A stretch of DNA of 64,000 nucleotides, from NCBI GenBank assembly GCA_049598335.1, contig JBMYNN010000001.1, positions 16,083 through 80,082 of the forward strand, given 5' to 3'. Made by a program: the position numbers and the translations under genes. Positions 40,030 through 50,281 of this stretch are shown here, piece by piece (within the stretch, counting starts at the first letter, position 1; every line of letters starts with the position of its first letter). The stretch comes from Flavobacteriaceae bacterium. Its GTDB lineage: Bacteria > Bacteroidota > Bacteroidia > Flavobacteriales > Flavobacteriaceae. Below the pieces are notes generated by a model. The model saw only the letters and a program-made list of their open reading frames with translations. It was not told the DNA's origin and did not search any database.

Positions 40030-40952
40030 TGTTAAAAAATAAATTTGTAAAAGGCGTAATTATCTTCTTAGTCGGGGTATTATTAATTGGGAAATACATT
40101 GTATCACCAGATAAGACCTTAGAAGAATTAGCCCCAAAATATGCTGCTGCACCCTCTCAATTTATGGCATTAAATGGGATAAAAATACACTATCGTGATG
40201 AAGGAGCAGGCACCCCCATTGTATTGATTCACGGCACTGGAGCATCTCTACATACTTGGGAGGATTGGACTAAGGATCTGATCGAAGATTACCGTGTGAT
40301 TCGTTTAGATTTACCCGCGTATGGCTTGACAGGGCAAGATCCACAAAAGCGCTATAGTTCAAAAGATTATGTCGATTTATTAGATACTTTTTTGACAAAG
40401 CTTAAGGTCGAAAAATTTCATTTAGCCGGAAATTCCTTGGGTGGATTAATCTCTTGGTTATACGCTAGCTATCACCCCGAAAAAGTAGATAAGCTTGTTT
40501 TATTAGACCCCAGTGGTTTCCCTTTTAAAAGTACACCTATGGTGATTAAAATGGCTAAGACTCCTGTATTGAATTACTTTATTCGTTATGTTACTCCACG
40601 CAGTTTTATCGAGAAAAATATCAAAGAGGTTTATTATGACCATACATTGATAAAAGCGTCAACCATCGATCGATACCACGACTTAATTCGATTTGAGGGA
40701 AACAGAGAGGCTTTTATTGATCGTGCTTATATTGAACGGGAGGATTATAGGGATCGACTTTCTCTTATTAAAGCCACCACTTTAATTCTTTGGGGTGAAA
40801 ACGATGCCTGGATTCCAGTAAGCGATGCCCCTAAGTTTAAAGCAGCAATTGATAATGCTCAAGTTGTTATTATGCCGAAGACAGGCCATGTTCCCATGGA
40901 AGAAAGGCCGAAAGAAAGTTTAGCTATAGTAGCTGCTTTTTTAGCTCCTTAA
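40029..40952 (+). CDS. membrane-anchored alpha/beta-fold hydrolase
   Basis: 307 aa with an N-terminal TM helix, the HGTGAS oxyanion motif, the GNSLGG nucleophile elbow and a C-terminal GHVPMEE His. Its ATG overlaps the FMO stop (TAATG). Confidence 0.85.
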   Translation: MLKNKFVKGVIIFLVGVLLIGKYIVSPDKTLEELAPKYAAAPSQFMALNGIKIHYRDEGAGTPIVLIHGTGASLHTWEDWTKDLIEDYRVIRLDLPAYGLTGQDPQKRYSSKDYVDLLDTFLTKLKVEKFHLAGNSLGGLISWLYASYHPEKVDKLVLLDPSGFPFKSTPMVIKMAKTPVLNYFIRYVTPRSFIEKNIKEVYYDHTLIKASTIDRYHDLIRFEGNREAFIDRAYIEREDYRDRLSLIKATTLILWGENDAWIPVSDAPKFKAAIDNAQVVIMPKTGHVPMEERPKESLAIVAAFLAP

Positions 40953-41413
40953 AGAAGGATTTCCATTTTAATATTTCCCCTAGAGTAAATAATATTTTTT
41001 TCCAAAGGGACCTCTTGAAAGCCGTATTTACGATAAAGATGAATAGAGTTTTCTAAAATAGTATTAGAGTATAAGAGGATTTTTTTCCAATGGTGTTGTT
41101 CTGCAAAGCGTATCGCAAATTGCATCATTTGGTTTCCTATTCCTTGACCTCTTAAAGCTGGAGAAACAGCCATTTTACTAAATTCATAAATTCCCGTCTC
41201 CTTTTTGATGTAAGCAAAAGTACCTACCGTTTTTTTTTCGATACAGGCCATAAAAACAAAGCCTCCCTTGTCTATGATTTCAATTTGAGGATTACTCAGC
41301 ACAAGTTCATCAATGGCTTCGACAACAAAATAAGTTTCAAGCCATTCAATATTTAGGGCTTTAAATGCTGTTGCGTCAGCTGAAATGAATTTTCTAAAGC
41401 TAATCTCAGGCAT
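40949..41413 (-). CDS. GNAT-family N-acetyltransferase
   Basis: 154 aa with the acetyl-CoA motif [11 protein letters not shown]. It overlaps the fumC 3' end by 8 nt. Confidence 0.8.
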   Translation of the reverse strand: MPEISFRKFISADATAFKALNIEWLETYFVVEAIDELVLSNPQIEIIDKGGFVFMACIEKKTVGTFAYIKKETGIYEFSKMAVSPALRGQGIGNQMMQFAIRFAEQHHWKKILLYSNTILENSIHLYRKYGFQEVPLEKNIIYSRGNIKMEILL

Positions 41414-42800
41414 TACCTGTCATATCTTCTGGGCGAACCCATTGATCAAATTCTTCGGCAGTTAAATAGCCTAATGCGAGTGCAGCAGCTTTAAGGGTGG
41501 TTCCTTGTTCGTGTGCCTTATTGGCAATTTCTGCCGCTTTGTAATAACCTATTTTTGTGTTTAAAGCAGTCACAAGCATTAAAGAATTATTAACTAATTC
41601 GTCTATACGAGACTGGTTAGGTTGAATCCCAACCACACAGTTTTGGGTAAAACTCACACATGCATCTCCTATTAGACGGGCAGATTGTAAAATATTCGCC
41701 GCCATCATAGGTTTAAATACATTGAGTTCATAATGTCCCTGTGTTCCCCCCATAGTAATGGCAACATCGTTCCCCATCACCTGTGCACATACCATTGTTA
41801 ATGCTTCACACTGGGTAGGGTTTACTTTTCCTGGCATGATAGAACTTCCAGGTTCATTGGCAGGAATAATGATTTCTCCAATACCAGAACGCGGACCAGA
41901 GGCCATTAAACGAATGTCGTTTCCAATTTTATTTAAAGAAACCGCGAGTTGTTTTAACGCTCCGTGTGTTTCTACGATAGCATCGTGCGCTGCAAGGGCT
42001 TCGAATTTATTGTGCGCTGTAATAAAAGGTAAACCGGTAAACTCGGCGATATATTCTGCTACCCTTTTGGCGTAGCCCTTAGGGGTATTAATTCCAGTAC
42101 CAACAGCAGTTCCTCCTAAGGCTACTTCTGATAAATGTTTTAGGGTGAATTCCAAGGCAGCAATACCATGATCTAACTGAGAGACATATCCAGAGAACTC
42201 TTGCCCTAAAGTGAGAGGAGTGGCATCCATTAAGTGGGTGCGTCCTATTTTTACAACAGATTTAAACTCTTCTGCTTTTTTATCAAGGGCATCCCTTAAA
42301 GTTTTAACCCCTGGCAAAGTAACTTCAACTACTTTTTTATAAGCGGCAATATGCATTCCAGTAGGGAAGGTATCGTTTGAGGATTGTGATTTATTGACAT
42401 CATCGTTAGGGGCGAGGGTTTTCTCTCCTTCTCCTAGTTTATTTCCAGCAAGTACATGAGCACGGTTAGCAATCACTTCATTTACATTCATATTGCTTTG
42501 TGTCCCAGAGCCTGTTTGCCAAATCACTAATGGGAATTGGTCGTTTAGTTTTCCTGTAAGAATTTCGTCACATACTTGAGCGATAAGGTCTCTTTTAGTA
42601 ATATCTAAAACACCTAATTCGTGGTTGGTGTAAGCGGCTGCTTTTTTTAGATACGCAAAGCCTTCTAACACCTCTGTAGGCATGGAGCCTACTGGACCAA
42701 TTTTGAAATTAGCTCTAGAACGCTCTGTTTGTGCACCCCAATATACGTCTTTGGGTACTTTTACCTCTCCTAATGTATCCTTTTCAATACGAAATTTCAT
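41406..42800 (-). CDS. fumC: class II fumarate hydratase
   Basis: 464 aa carrying the signature [15 protein letters not shown]. Confidence 0.96.
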   Translation of the reverse strand: MKFRIEKDTLGEVKVPKDVYWGAQTERSRANFKIGPVGSMPTEVLEGFAYLKKAAAYTNHELGVLDITKRDLIAQVCDEILTGKLNDQFPLVIWQTGSGTQSNMNVNEVIANRAHVLAGNKLGEGEKTLAPNDDVNKSQSSNDTFPTGMHIAAYKKVVEVTLPGVKTLRDALDKKAEEFKSVVKIGRTHLMDATPLTLGQEFSGYVSQLDHGIAALEFTLKHLSEVALGGTAVGTGINTPKGYAKRVAEYIAEFTGLPFITAHNKFEALAAHDAIVETHGALKQLAVSLNKIGNDIRLMASGPRSGIGEIIIPANEPGSSIMPGKVNPTQCEALTMVCAQVMGNDVAITMGGTQGHYELNVFKPMMAANILQSARLIGDACVSFTQNCVVGIQPNQSRIDELVNNSLMLVTALNTKIGYYKAAEIANKAHEQGTTLKAAALALGYLTAEEFDQWVRPEDMTGNA

Positions 42801-42930
42801 GTCAATAAATTTGTTACAAAAATAAGGTAAAAATCAATGGCGAACTAGTGTGAATAGCATTGTGAATAAAAAAAGAATTCTCATTGCCAGAACGATAGAA
42901 ATGCATTAATTTTACAGCAAATTGAAGATC

Positions 42931-43107
42931 ATGTTTGAATTCGACCAGTATTTAGGTTTTCTTTCCTTTTTAACCATCCTAACCATTGGCTTTTGGCTAA
43001 TGATTTTCTTGTTGACTTTTGTCATTCCATATTGGTTGACAGGCTCATTACTTGAATGGCTTCAAGAAAGAAAAGACGGCCGTAAAGAAGTACCTAAAAG
43101 AAAATAG
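42931..43107 (+). CDS. small hypothetical membrane protein
   Basis: 58 aa from the first ATG (MFEFDQYLGFLSFLTILTIGFWLMIFLLTFVIPYWL...KRK). It is followed by a strong terminator. No family was recognised. Confidence 0.35.
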   Translation: MFEFDQYLGFLSFLTILTIGFWLMIFLLTFVIPYWLTGSLLEWLQERKDGRKEVPKRK

Positions 43108-43124
43108 TTTATCCCTTATGAATT

Positions 43125-43154
43125 AAAACACCGCTAAATACGGTGTTTTTTTTT
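43125..43154. terminator. bidirectional rho-independent terminator
   Basis: AAAACACCG-CTAAATA-CGGTGTTTTTTTTT, flanked by an A-run and a T-run. It lies between the convergent small ORF and the TonB-dependent receptor. Confidence 0.85.
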
Positions 43155-43175
43155 GTGCTTGTGTTTAAAGAAGAT

Positions 43176-45629
43176 TTAGAAATCAAATTCTTCACCATCA
43201 CCACCACCGTCGTTAATAGAACGCTGTTTTTTGCGGTTGTTTTTATTTTCATTAATGCGATAAGTAAAGGTGAAAATATAGGTGGGTTGTCTCCACTGAA
43301 ACTCTGTATAATTAGTAAAGTTTTCTGTCACAGTAGTACTTTTTCTTCGTCTAGAATTAAAGATGTCTGAAGCGCGGAAAGACAAAGTCCCTTTTTTACT
43401 AAATAAATCTTTATTGATTGCTCCAGACATCGAAAGTATTCCTTGTGATTCTGTCTGTGCAGTTGCACTTGGTCCTCTATAGAAAGTTCTCAATTGGGTA
43501 GTGATCCCAAAAGGTAGCGGGAAACTCGCGTTGACTCTTGCAAACCAACTCACAATTTCTGCATCTAAAACTTGACCTTCATAGGTTCCTATGGTTTCCG
43601 AATTAAAAATATTAAAGTTTCCGCTGATGCTTACTTGACGTTTTGGGGAATAGGTCAGGGTGAATTCTGTTCCGGTTCTATTATTCTCGGCAAGGTTGAT
43701 CGAGGTGGAGCGCAATGCTGGAACGTCAATAATAGGATTATCACTCACCCTTACAATCGTTCCGGTAGCTTCTGTTATACGGGTAATTACTTGTTTTGAA
43801 GTAGAATAATAAACAGAACCATTTAAGGTGAATTTCTCCCAACGTTTAAGATATCCAAAATCAAAAGAATTGGCATAAGAAGGGTCTAAATCTGGATTTC
43901 CTTGTCTAAAGAAAGTTAAACTAGTCAAAGATTGAAAAGGATTTAATGACCAAGATCGGGGACGACGAATCCTTCTACTATAGCCTAGAGTGATGTTTTC
44001 TTTTTCATTGAATTCATACGATAGGTTGAAAGTTGGGAACCAGTCGGTGTATTTTTTTTCTCTGTAAATATCAGCCGTGCGTTGATCAATGATAATTTTA
44101 GTATGCTCCATACGTAGGCCAAGGAGATAGGAAAATTTGTTAATTTTTTTTCCAAACTGAGTGTAAGCGGCATTCACATTTTGGGTAAAACCTAAATAGT
44201 TGGTCAAGTTTATATTTAAGTTGGGGATGTTGTTTAGAATATCAAATACTTGATAGTCGGTATCTTGTTGGCTAAAATTCCCGCGGTATCCTGCTTCAAA
44301 CTGGGTATTTTCATTTATGGGATAAACATAATCAATTTGTAATAATTGTCTTCTTTGGGTTTCATCTGTTGAAGAGGATTGATCAAAAACATTAGTGTTA
44401 TCTGCAAAATCAGATTCATCTTCACTACTTTCTTCTGATTGAAACTCAATCATTAGTTCATGCCCTTTGTCGTTGAATTTTTTTGTGAAGTTAGCTGTGA
44501 ATTGCCCCGAGTTATCTTCTTCTGTTTCATCTTGATAACGCCCCAATCGATTTAAAATACTCCCACTTGAGTCTAGGTCTTCAATAATCGTGCTATTGTT
44601 ACTTTCATTATTTGAACGTCTTAAAAATCCACTTAGGGTTAAAGAGGTATTGTCATCAAAAAAGTATTCTGCGCCTAGGTTAATAAAGTAGCGTTTTCTG
44701 TTGCGGTCATAATCTCTGGTCTCATTTGTAAATGTACTGGCCTGATCCCCGTTAAAGTATTCACTGTTAAAAACGCCTCCTCCCATAGATTTTCCATTGT
44801 TGTAAGAAGTGGTGGTAAAGACGTTTAATTTTTTATTTCTCCAGTTAAGAGAAGCTGATCCCCCATAGCTTGTTGGCGCTCCTCCATTCAAAATAAATGA
44901 TCCATTAAAGCCAGCAAGTTCTTCTCTTTTTAAAATAATATTTAAGATTCCTGCAGTTCCTGCTGCTTCATAGCGAGCAGAAGGAGAGGTGATCACCTCT
45001 ACACGTTCAATGGATTCTGCGGGAAGTTGACGCAGGGCATCGGGTCCAGATAAACCCACTAAGCCAGAAGGCTTGCCATTGATTAAAATACGAACGTTGT
45101 CATTTCCGCGAAGCGAAATATTCCCTTCAACATCCACAGAGACAGAGGGGATGTTATCCATCACATCTGAAACAGAACCCCCACGCACGGTAATGTCTTT
45201 ACCTACGTTATACACTCTCTTATCTAAACGAATTTCAACTTCGGTACGTTCTGCGACCAGTTCTACTTCATTCAAATTATTGACTTGCATACCCAGTGCA
45301 ATGGTGCCTAAATCTTTGGATTCACGAAGAACAATCCCTTCTTTGATGTCTTTTTCAAAAGAAATATACTCCGTGGTGATGGTATAACGACCTGGAAAAA
45401 CTTCGAAATTGAATACCCCTTCTTCATTGGTGATACCGCCTTGAAGACGATCGGGGAAGCGTGGGTTTTTTAGCGTAATGGTTGCGTATTCTAAAGGTTG
45501 TTGGGTTTCTTGGTCAATGACCTTACCCGAAAGGCTTATTTTAGTAGGTTTTTGAAAGTTTTGAGGTCGTTGCGCAAGGGCAAATTTACCCATCAATAAA
45601 GACAGGCATAGCATAATAGTGTTTTTCAT
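43176..45629 (-). CDS. TonB-dependent receptor / outer-membrane beta-barrel protein with an N-terminal carboxypeptidase-regulatory-like domain
   Basis: 817 aa with a signal peptide, a CarbopepD-like segment (LSGKVIDQETQQPLEYATITL), a plug region (ERVEVITSPSARYEAAGTAGILNIILK) and a terminal aromatic (...EEFDF). No SusD partner is adjacent. Confidence 0.85.
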   Translation of the reverse strand: MKNTIMLCLSLLMGKFALAQRPQNFQKPTKISLSGKVIDQETQQPLEYATITLKNPRFPDRLQGGITNEEGVFNFEVFPGRYTITTEYISFEKDIKEGIVLRESKDLGTIALGMQVNNLNEVELVAERTEVEIRLDKRVYNVGKDITVRGGSVSDVMDNIPSVSVDVEGNISLRGNDNVRILINGKPSGLVGLSGPDALRQLPAESIERVEVITSPSARYEAAGTAGILNIILKREELAGFNGSFILNGGAPTSYGGSASLNWRNKKLNVFTTTSYNNGKSMGGGVFNSEYFNGDQASTFTNETRDYDRNRKRYFINLGAEYFFDDNTSLTLSGFLRRSNNESNNSTIIEDLDSSGSILNRLGRYQDETEEDNSGQFTANFTKKFNDKGHELMIEFQSEESSEDESDFADNTNVFDQSSSTDETQRRQLLQIDYVYPINENTQFEAGYRGNFSQQDTDYQVFDILNNIPNLNINLTNYLGFTQNVNAAYTQFGKKINKFSYLLGLRMEHTKIIIDQRTADIYREKKYTDWFPTFNLSYEFNEKENITLGYSRRIRRPRSWSLNPFQSLTSLTFFRQGNPDLDPSYANSFDFGYLKRWEKFTLNGSVYYSTSKQVITRITEATGTIVRVSDNPIIDVPALRSTSINLAENNRTGTEFTLTYSPKRQVSISGNFNIFNSETIGTYEGQVLDAEIVSWFARVNASFPLPFGITTQLRTFYRGPSATAQTESQGILSMSGAINKDLFSKKGTLSFRASDIFNSRRRKSTTVTENFTNYTEFQWRQPTYIFTFTYRINENKNNRKKQRSINDGGGDGEEFDF

Positions 45630-45688
45630 TAGCAGTTATTAACTTTTATTAGACTCGGTTTTGCTTAAAAAGTTTCACTGAAATGAAA

Positions 45689-46036
45689 TTATTTTAAAAA
45701 ATTAATCAATTTTTCAAGTGGGCGAGCAATCACAGCACTTTTTCCATTAGAAATAATGGGACGTTCGATTAGTTTTGGATATTCACTTAAGGCTGTAACT
45801 AACTCCTCAATAGATAAGTCCTTTCCCTTGTAATGCTCTTTCCAAATGGCTTCGTTTTTTCGAATTAATTTTTCAGGAGAATACCCCAATTCTTTTAAAA
45901 GTTGTTCAATATCTGATTTTGACAAGCTGTTTTCAATATAGTTGATAATGACAAAGCTTTGTTTAGTTTCTTCTAGATACTGCAAGGCTTCTCTTGATTT
46001 TCTACAGCGGGGGTTGTGATAGATTTTTAAACTCAT
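45689..46036 (-). CDS. ArsC/Spx-family reductase-like protein (YfgD-like)
   Basis: 115 aa with the N-terminal IYHNPRCRKSREAL motif. Its ATG overlaps the HAD stop (ATGA). Confidence 0.8.
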   Translation of the reverse strand: MSLKIYHNPRCRKSREALQYLEETKQSFVIINYIENSLSKSDIEQLLKELGYSPEKLIRKNEAIWKEHYKGKDLSIEELVTALSEYPKLIERPIISNGKSAVIARPLEKLINFLK

Positions 46037-46644
46037 AATAGCTTTAATTCTTTTAATTCTTTTTCAAGTTGTTGGGGAGAGATAAAATGGATGCATTGAA
46101 TCCCTAAGGCTGCTGCGGCTTCAATATTTCTTAGATTATCGTCTATAAAGAGGGATTCTTCTGCTTTTATTTCAAACCGTTCTAAAGTAGTGTGATATAT
46201 TTCTGGAAAGGGTTTTCTAGTCATTTCTTCTCCAGAAACAACAATGCCATCAAACCATTGCAAAAAGTCAAACTTTTTAAGGGCAACTGGAAAAGTTTCT
46301 GCACTCCAATTAGTCAAAGCCACCACTTTTAACTTTGGTGAATCAACACATTGTTTTAAGAGTTTTACAGTGTCTTGAATAGCCTCGCCCAGCATTTCTT
46401 CCCAGCGGCCATAATATTGGCGAATATAAGCTTCATATGCTGGGAAAAGGGCAATACGTTCTTCGGTTGCTTTTGCAAGGGGGTATCCTGCATCTTGATT
46501 TTCGTTCCAATCCATGGTACAGATTTCACGATAAAACCAGGCTAGTTTTTCATCGTCCTTAAAGACTTCTTTAAAAACATAGTCTGGGTTCCAGTCGATT
46601 AGAACCCCACCTAAATCAAAGATTATATTCTTGATTTTTGTCAT
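46033..46644 (-). CDS. HAD-superfamily hydrolase (subfamily IA-like)
   Basis: 203 aa with motif I (IIFDLGGVLI) and motif IV (FIDDNLRN). Its ATG overlaps the prfB stop (ATGA). Confidence 0.8.
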   Translation of the reverse strand: MTKIKNIIFDLGGVLIDWNPDYVFKEVFKDDEKLAWFYREICTMDWNENQDAGYPLAKATEERIALFPAYEAYIRQYYGRWEEMLGEAIQDTVKLLKQCVDSPKLKVVALTNWSAETFPVALKKFDFLQWFDGIVVSGEEMTRKPFPEIYHTTLERFEIKAEESLFIDDNLRNIEAAAALGIQCIHFISPQQLEKELKELKLL

Positions 46645-47748
46645 AAGGTATCATTTTCTTTGTCTTGCCCCATAAACATCAAATAGGCTTTTAGAAAAGT
46701 ATCAATGTTTCCATTGAGTACCCCATCTACATCACTGGTTTCAGTTTGGGTTCTAACGTCCTTGACCAGTTTATAAGGTTGCATGACGTAGTTGCGAATT
46801 TGTGAGCCCCATTCGATTTTCTTTTTAGCTGCTTCAATCTCTTCTCTTGCGGCCATTTTTTTCTGTAACTCAATCTCGTATAATTGCGATTTGAGTAACT
46901 GCATAGCTTTGGCTTTATTTTCGAGTTGGGATCTAGTTTCTGAATTTTCGATCATAATTCCAGAAGGACTGTGTCGCAAGCGAACGGCTGTCTCGATCTT
47001 GTTGACGCTTTGCCCCCCGGCACCACTAGCGCGCATAGTTTCCCACGAAATGTCTGCGGGGTTAATATTGATTTCAATACTGTCGTCTACTAGAGGGTAA
47101 ACATAAACAGATACAAAAGAAGTATGTCGTTTAGCATTACTGTCAAAAGGGGAGATACGCACCAAACGATGCACTCCATTTTCACCTTTCAACCAGCCAA
47201 AAGCAAAATCTCCATCGATTTCAAGTGTAACAGTTTTAATTCCTGCTACATCTCCAGCTTGATGGTTGAGCTCTTTGATTTTAAAGTCTCGTTTTTCTGC
47301 CCACATTAAATACATGCGCATGAGCATCTCTGCCCAGTCACAGCTTTCTGTCCCACCTGCACCTGCCGTTATTTGTACGACTGCACTTAATTCATCTCCT
47401 TCTTCAGAGAGCATATTGCGAAATTCAATATCTTCTAGGGATTCTAAGAGTTTTTTATGGGTAGCAGTAAGTTCTTTTTCTTCGGCCTCGCCGACCTTGT
47501 AAAATTCATAGAGTACTTCTAAATCTTCGCCTAATTGGACAGCATTGTTGTAGTCTGCGACCCATTTTTTGAGGGTTCGCAGGCCTTTCATATGAACTTC
47601 GGCTTTTTTAGGGTCGTTCCAAAAGTTAGGATCTAGGGTAATTTCTTCTTGATTGCTAATTTGGATTTCTTTGGCATCAATGTCAAAGATACCTCCTTAA
47701 CGCACCAAGGCGTTCAAACAGACCTTTCAGTTGATCAGATGTGAGCAT
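46641..47748 (-). CDS. prfB: peptide chain release factor 2, expressed through a programmed +1 ribosomal frameshift
   Basis: Frame 0 starts at ATG 47748 and reads MLTSDQLKGLFERLGALRRYL, then TGA at 47685-47683. Shifting +1 (GAC at 47684) reads DIDAKEIQISNQEEITLDPNFWNDPKKAEVH and runs straight into the track ORF (47591..46641). That ORF carries the SPF (RISPFDS) and GGQ (SGAGGQSVNK) motifs. The total is about 368 aa. Confidence 0.95.
47682..47697 (-). promoter_or_regulatory. prfB +1 frameshift cassette: internal Shine-Dalgarno-like AGGAGG, 3-nt spacer, CTT TGA C
   Basis: The minus strand reads AGGAGG TAT CTT TGA C. This is nearly identical to the classic enterobacterial site AGGGGG TAT CTT TGA C. 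Confidence 0.9.
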
Positions 47749-47837
47749 AAATATTTTTTTGTAAAAATAGAATTTAGTTCGCGATTCTTTATTTGTTTGA
47801 AATATTTTTTTAGCTTGGAGGAGAACAAATTATAGGT

Positions 47838-50279
47838 ATGAAATTAAAGACAATTATAGGGCTTAGTCTCAGTTTGGTGTTTTTTATGGGTCAAGCCCAA
47901 AATAAAAGAAGAAAAACAACTAAGACAGCCGTTGAAACAAATGCGATAAAGAAGAGCTATCCTGGCTTTTTTGACTTTAGTTATGATGAAGCAGATGGCC
48001 GAATTTTACTCCAAGTCAATCGCACTACACAAATAGAGCAAGCGTTTTTGTATGTTAATGGACTGAGTGCAGGGATAGGGAGTAATGACATTGGTCTAGA
48101 TCGTGGACAATTAGGGAATGAACGTGTGGTTCACTTTACTAAAATGGGGAATAAATTGATGTTGGTACAACCTAATTTAGACTACCGTAGTACCTCTGAC
48201 AATATGTTAGAGCAAGCCTCAATTGCGCAGGCTTTTGCGAAATCTGTTCTTTTTGGATTTCCTATTCAAGCGACTAGCGCAACTCATTATACGATTGATT
48301 TAACCCCATTTTTGATGCAAGATGCTCACGGCGTATCCCAGCGTTTAAAGCGCAGTAAACAAGGGAGTTATTCTGTGGATAAAAACTGTTCGGCAGTTTC
48401 ATTAGCGCGAACCAAAAATTTCCCTCAAAACAGTGAGTTTGATGTGCTACTTACTTTTAAGGGAAACCCCCAAGGAGGATTAATTCGATCTGTGACCCCA
48501 TCACCCAATAGCGTGAGTGTGCATCAGCATCATTCTTTTGTGCAATTGCCAGAGGTTGCCTTTGAACAACGCAAGTTTGATCCTAGATCGGGTGCGATTC
48601 CTTTTAGTTATAACGATTATTCTACGCCGGTTAATGAAGCGACCCGCAAAGTGTTTACCCTGCGCCATCGCTTAGAAAAAAAAGACCCTAATGCAGCAGT
48701 GAGTGAAGCGGTTGAGCCAATCGTTTATTATTTAGATAATGGTACTCCAGAGCCTGTTCGTTCTGCATTATTAGAAGGAGGGAAGTGGTGGAATCAAGCT
48801 TTTGAAGCTGCAGGATATAAAGATGCTTTTCAATTAAAAATATTACCCGATGATGCCGATCCTATGGATGTGCGTTATAATGTAATCCAATGGGTGCATC
48901 GCTCTACACGTGGATGGAGCTATGGAGCTAGTGTAGTAGATCCCCGAAGTGGAGAGATTTTAAAAGGGCATGTAAGTCTGGGAAGTTTAAGAATTCGACA
49001 AGATTTTATGATTGCACAAGCCTTGACCAACCAGCCTTACGCAAAAGGAGATGATCAAGATAACCCTATGCTTGAAATGGCTCTAGCGAGAATACGTCAA
49101 TTGTCTGCACACGAAATAGGACACACTCTGGGCTTTACCCATAATTTTGCCGCTAGTGTAAAAGACCGGGCGTCTGTAATGGATTATCCTCATCCCACTT
49201 TGGCCATAGAAAATGGCCAAATAAACTATCAAAACGCTTATGCAGTAGGTATTGGTGACTGGGATAAGGTTACGGTAAAATATGCCTACAGCGATTTCCC
49301 TGACGGTACAGATGAAACCGCTGCACTAAATCAAATATTAGCCGAAAGTTATACAGAAGGACATCGCTTTATTGCCGATCGAGATGCACGTCCTATTGGC
49401 GGAGCACATCCTTATGCCCACCTTTGGGATAACGGAAAGACTGCGGTAGAGGAGTTTAATCACCTTTTAGCTGTGCGTCAAATTGCCCTAAATAACTTTT
49501 CAAAAGATCAATTGAAAACAGGAGAGCCACTATCGGTATTACAAGATCGTTTGGTTCCGCTTTACTTTTTACATCGTTATCAATTAGAAGCAGTAGTTAA
49601 ATTAATAGGTGGGCAAGATTATGATTACGGGGTGAAAGGAGCTTCTTCTATTGGTGTCAAAGCTGTTGCGCCTAGCGTTCAAAAAGAAGCCTTAGCAACT
49701 TTAATTGGATCGTTAGATCAAGGAACCCTTGGGATTCCTCCTCATATTAGAAAAATGATGCCACCCCATGCGTTTGGTTATGGTGCGAGTCGAGAAAGTT
49801 TTGCTACTCAAACAGGATTGACCTTTGATGCTTTGGGCGCAGCCCATACCTTGAGCGATGCAGTATTAGGAATGATATTAAACGAACAAAGAGCAGCGCG
49901 ACTCATTCAACAAAAAGCCTTTGACGAAAAACAACTAGGCTTTAAGGAGACTTTATCGCTTTTAATTGATGAAAGCTTTAAGCAGAAAGAGTATGATACC
50001 GAAGCCAAAGCCATTCAAAAAGTGGTACAGGGAAATCTATTAAATCACATGATGCGATTGGGGCAAGCTATAAATGTCCCTAATGCAGTTCGTGCAGAGG
50101 TGCACGAGAGTCTGTTCACATTATCTTCTTGGCTAAAAAGACAGTCTTCTTATCCTTATGCCAATTTTTACCGCAATAGCATCGAAAACTATTTTGAACA
50201 TCCAGCAGAAATACAACCCTTAGTTTCACCAAAAATTCCCGATGGATCGCCCATAGGAAGTGGTCTGCGTTGTCAATAA
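47838..50279 (+). CDS. secreted zinc-dependent metalloprotease (large Bacteroidota-type, HExxH)
   Basis: 813 aa with a signal peptide (GLSLSLVFFMGQAQ) and the zinc site HEIGHTLGFTHNF, followed by ASVMDYP. Confidence 0.8.
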   Translation: MKLKTIIGLSLSLVFFMGQAQNKRRKTTKTAVETNAIKKSYPGFFDFSYDEADGRILLQVNRTTQIEQAFLYVNGLSAGIGSNDIGLDRGQLGNERVVHFTKMGNKLMLVQPNLDYRSTSDNMLEQASIAQAFAKSVLFGFPIQATSATHYTIDLTPFLMQDAHGVSQRLKRSKQGSYSVDKNCSAVSLARTKNFPQNSEFDVLLTFKGNPQGGLIRSVTPSPNSVSVHQHHSFVQLPEVAFEQRKFDPRSGAIPFSYNDYSTPVNEATRKVFTLRHRLEKKDPNAAVSEAVEPIVYYLDNGTPEPVRSALLEGGKWWNQAFEAAGYKDAFQLKILPDDADPMDVRYNVIQWVHRSTRGWSYGASVVDPRSGEILKGHVSLGSLRIRQDFMIAQALTNQPYAKGDDQDNPMLEMALARIRQLSAHEIGHTLGFTHNFAASVKDRASVMDYPHPTLAIENGQINYQNAYAVGIGDWDKVTVKYAYSDFPDGTDETAALNQILAESYTEGHRFIADRDARPIGGAHPYAHLWDNGKTAVEEFNHLLAVRQIALNNFSKDQLKTGEPLSVLQDRLVPLYFLHRYQLEAVVKLIGGQDYDYGVKGASSIGVKAVAPSVQKEALATLIGSLDQGTLGIPPHIRKMMPPHAFGYGASRESFATQTGLTFDALGAAHTLSDAVLGMILNEQRAARLIQQKAFDEKQLGFKETLSLLIDESFKQKEYDTEAKAIQKVVQGNLLNHMMRLGQAINVPNAVRAEVHESLFTLSSWLKRQSSYPYANFYRNSIENYFEHPAEIQPLVSPKIPDGSPIGSGLRCQ

Positions 50280-50281
50280 TT

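Noticed and set aside
40029-40952. Whether the alpha/beta hydrolase could be the missing MenH of the men cluster.
   Set aside because: It is 6 kb away from the cluster, separated by unrelated genes on both strands, membrane-anchored, and start/stop-coupled to the FMO gene. There is no positive evidence for SHCHC synthase identity.
43143-43370. 75-aa forward ORF overlapping the 3' end of the TonB-dependent receptor. Also 43572-43799, 43985-44173 and 45073-45387.
   Set aside because: It begins within the bidirectional terminator T-run and lies antisense to a well-supported 817-aa receptor gene.
46792-47502. Three forward ORFs (46792-47100, 47124-47309, 47266-47502) across the prfB locus.
   Set aside because: They are antisense to RF2, whose GGQ and SPF motifs and frameshift site are unambiguous. 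They are shadow ORFs.
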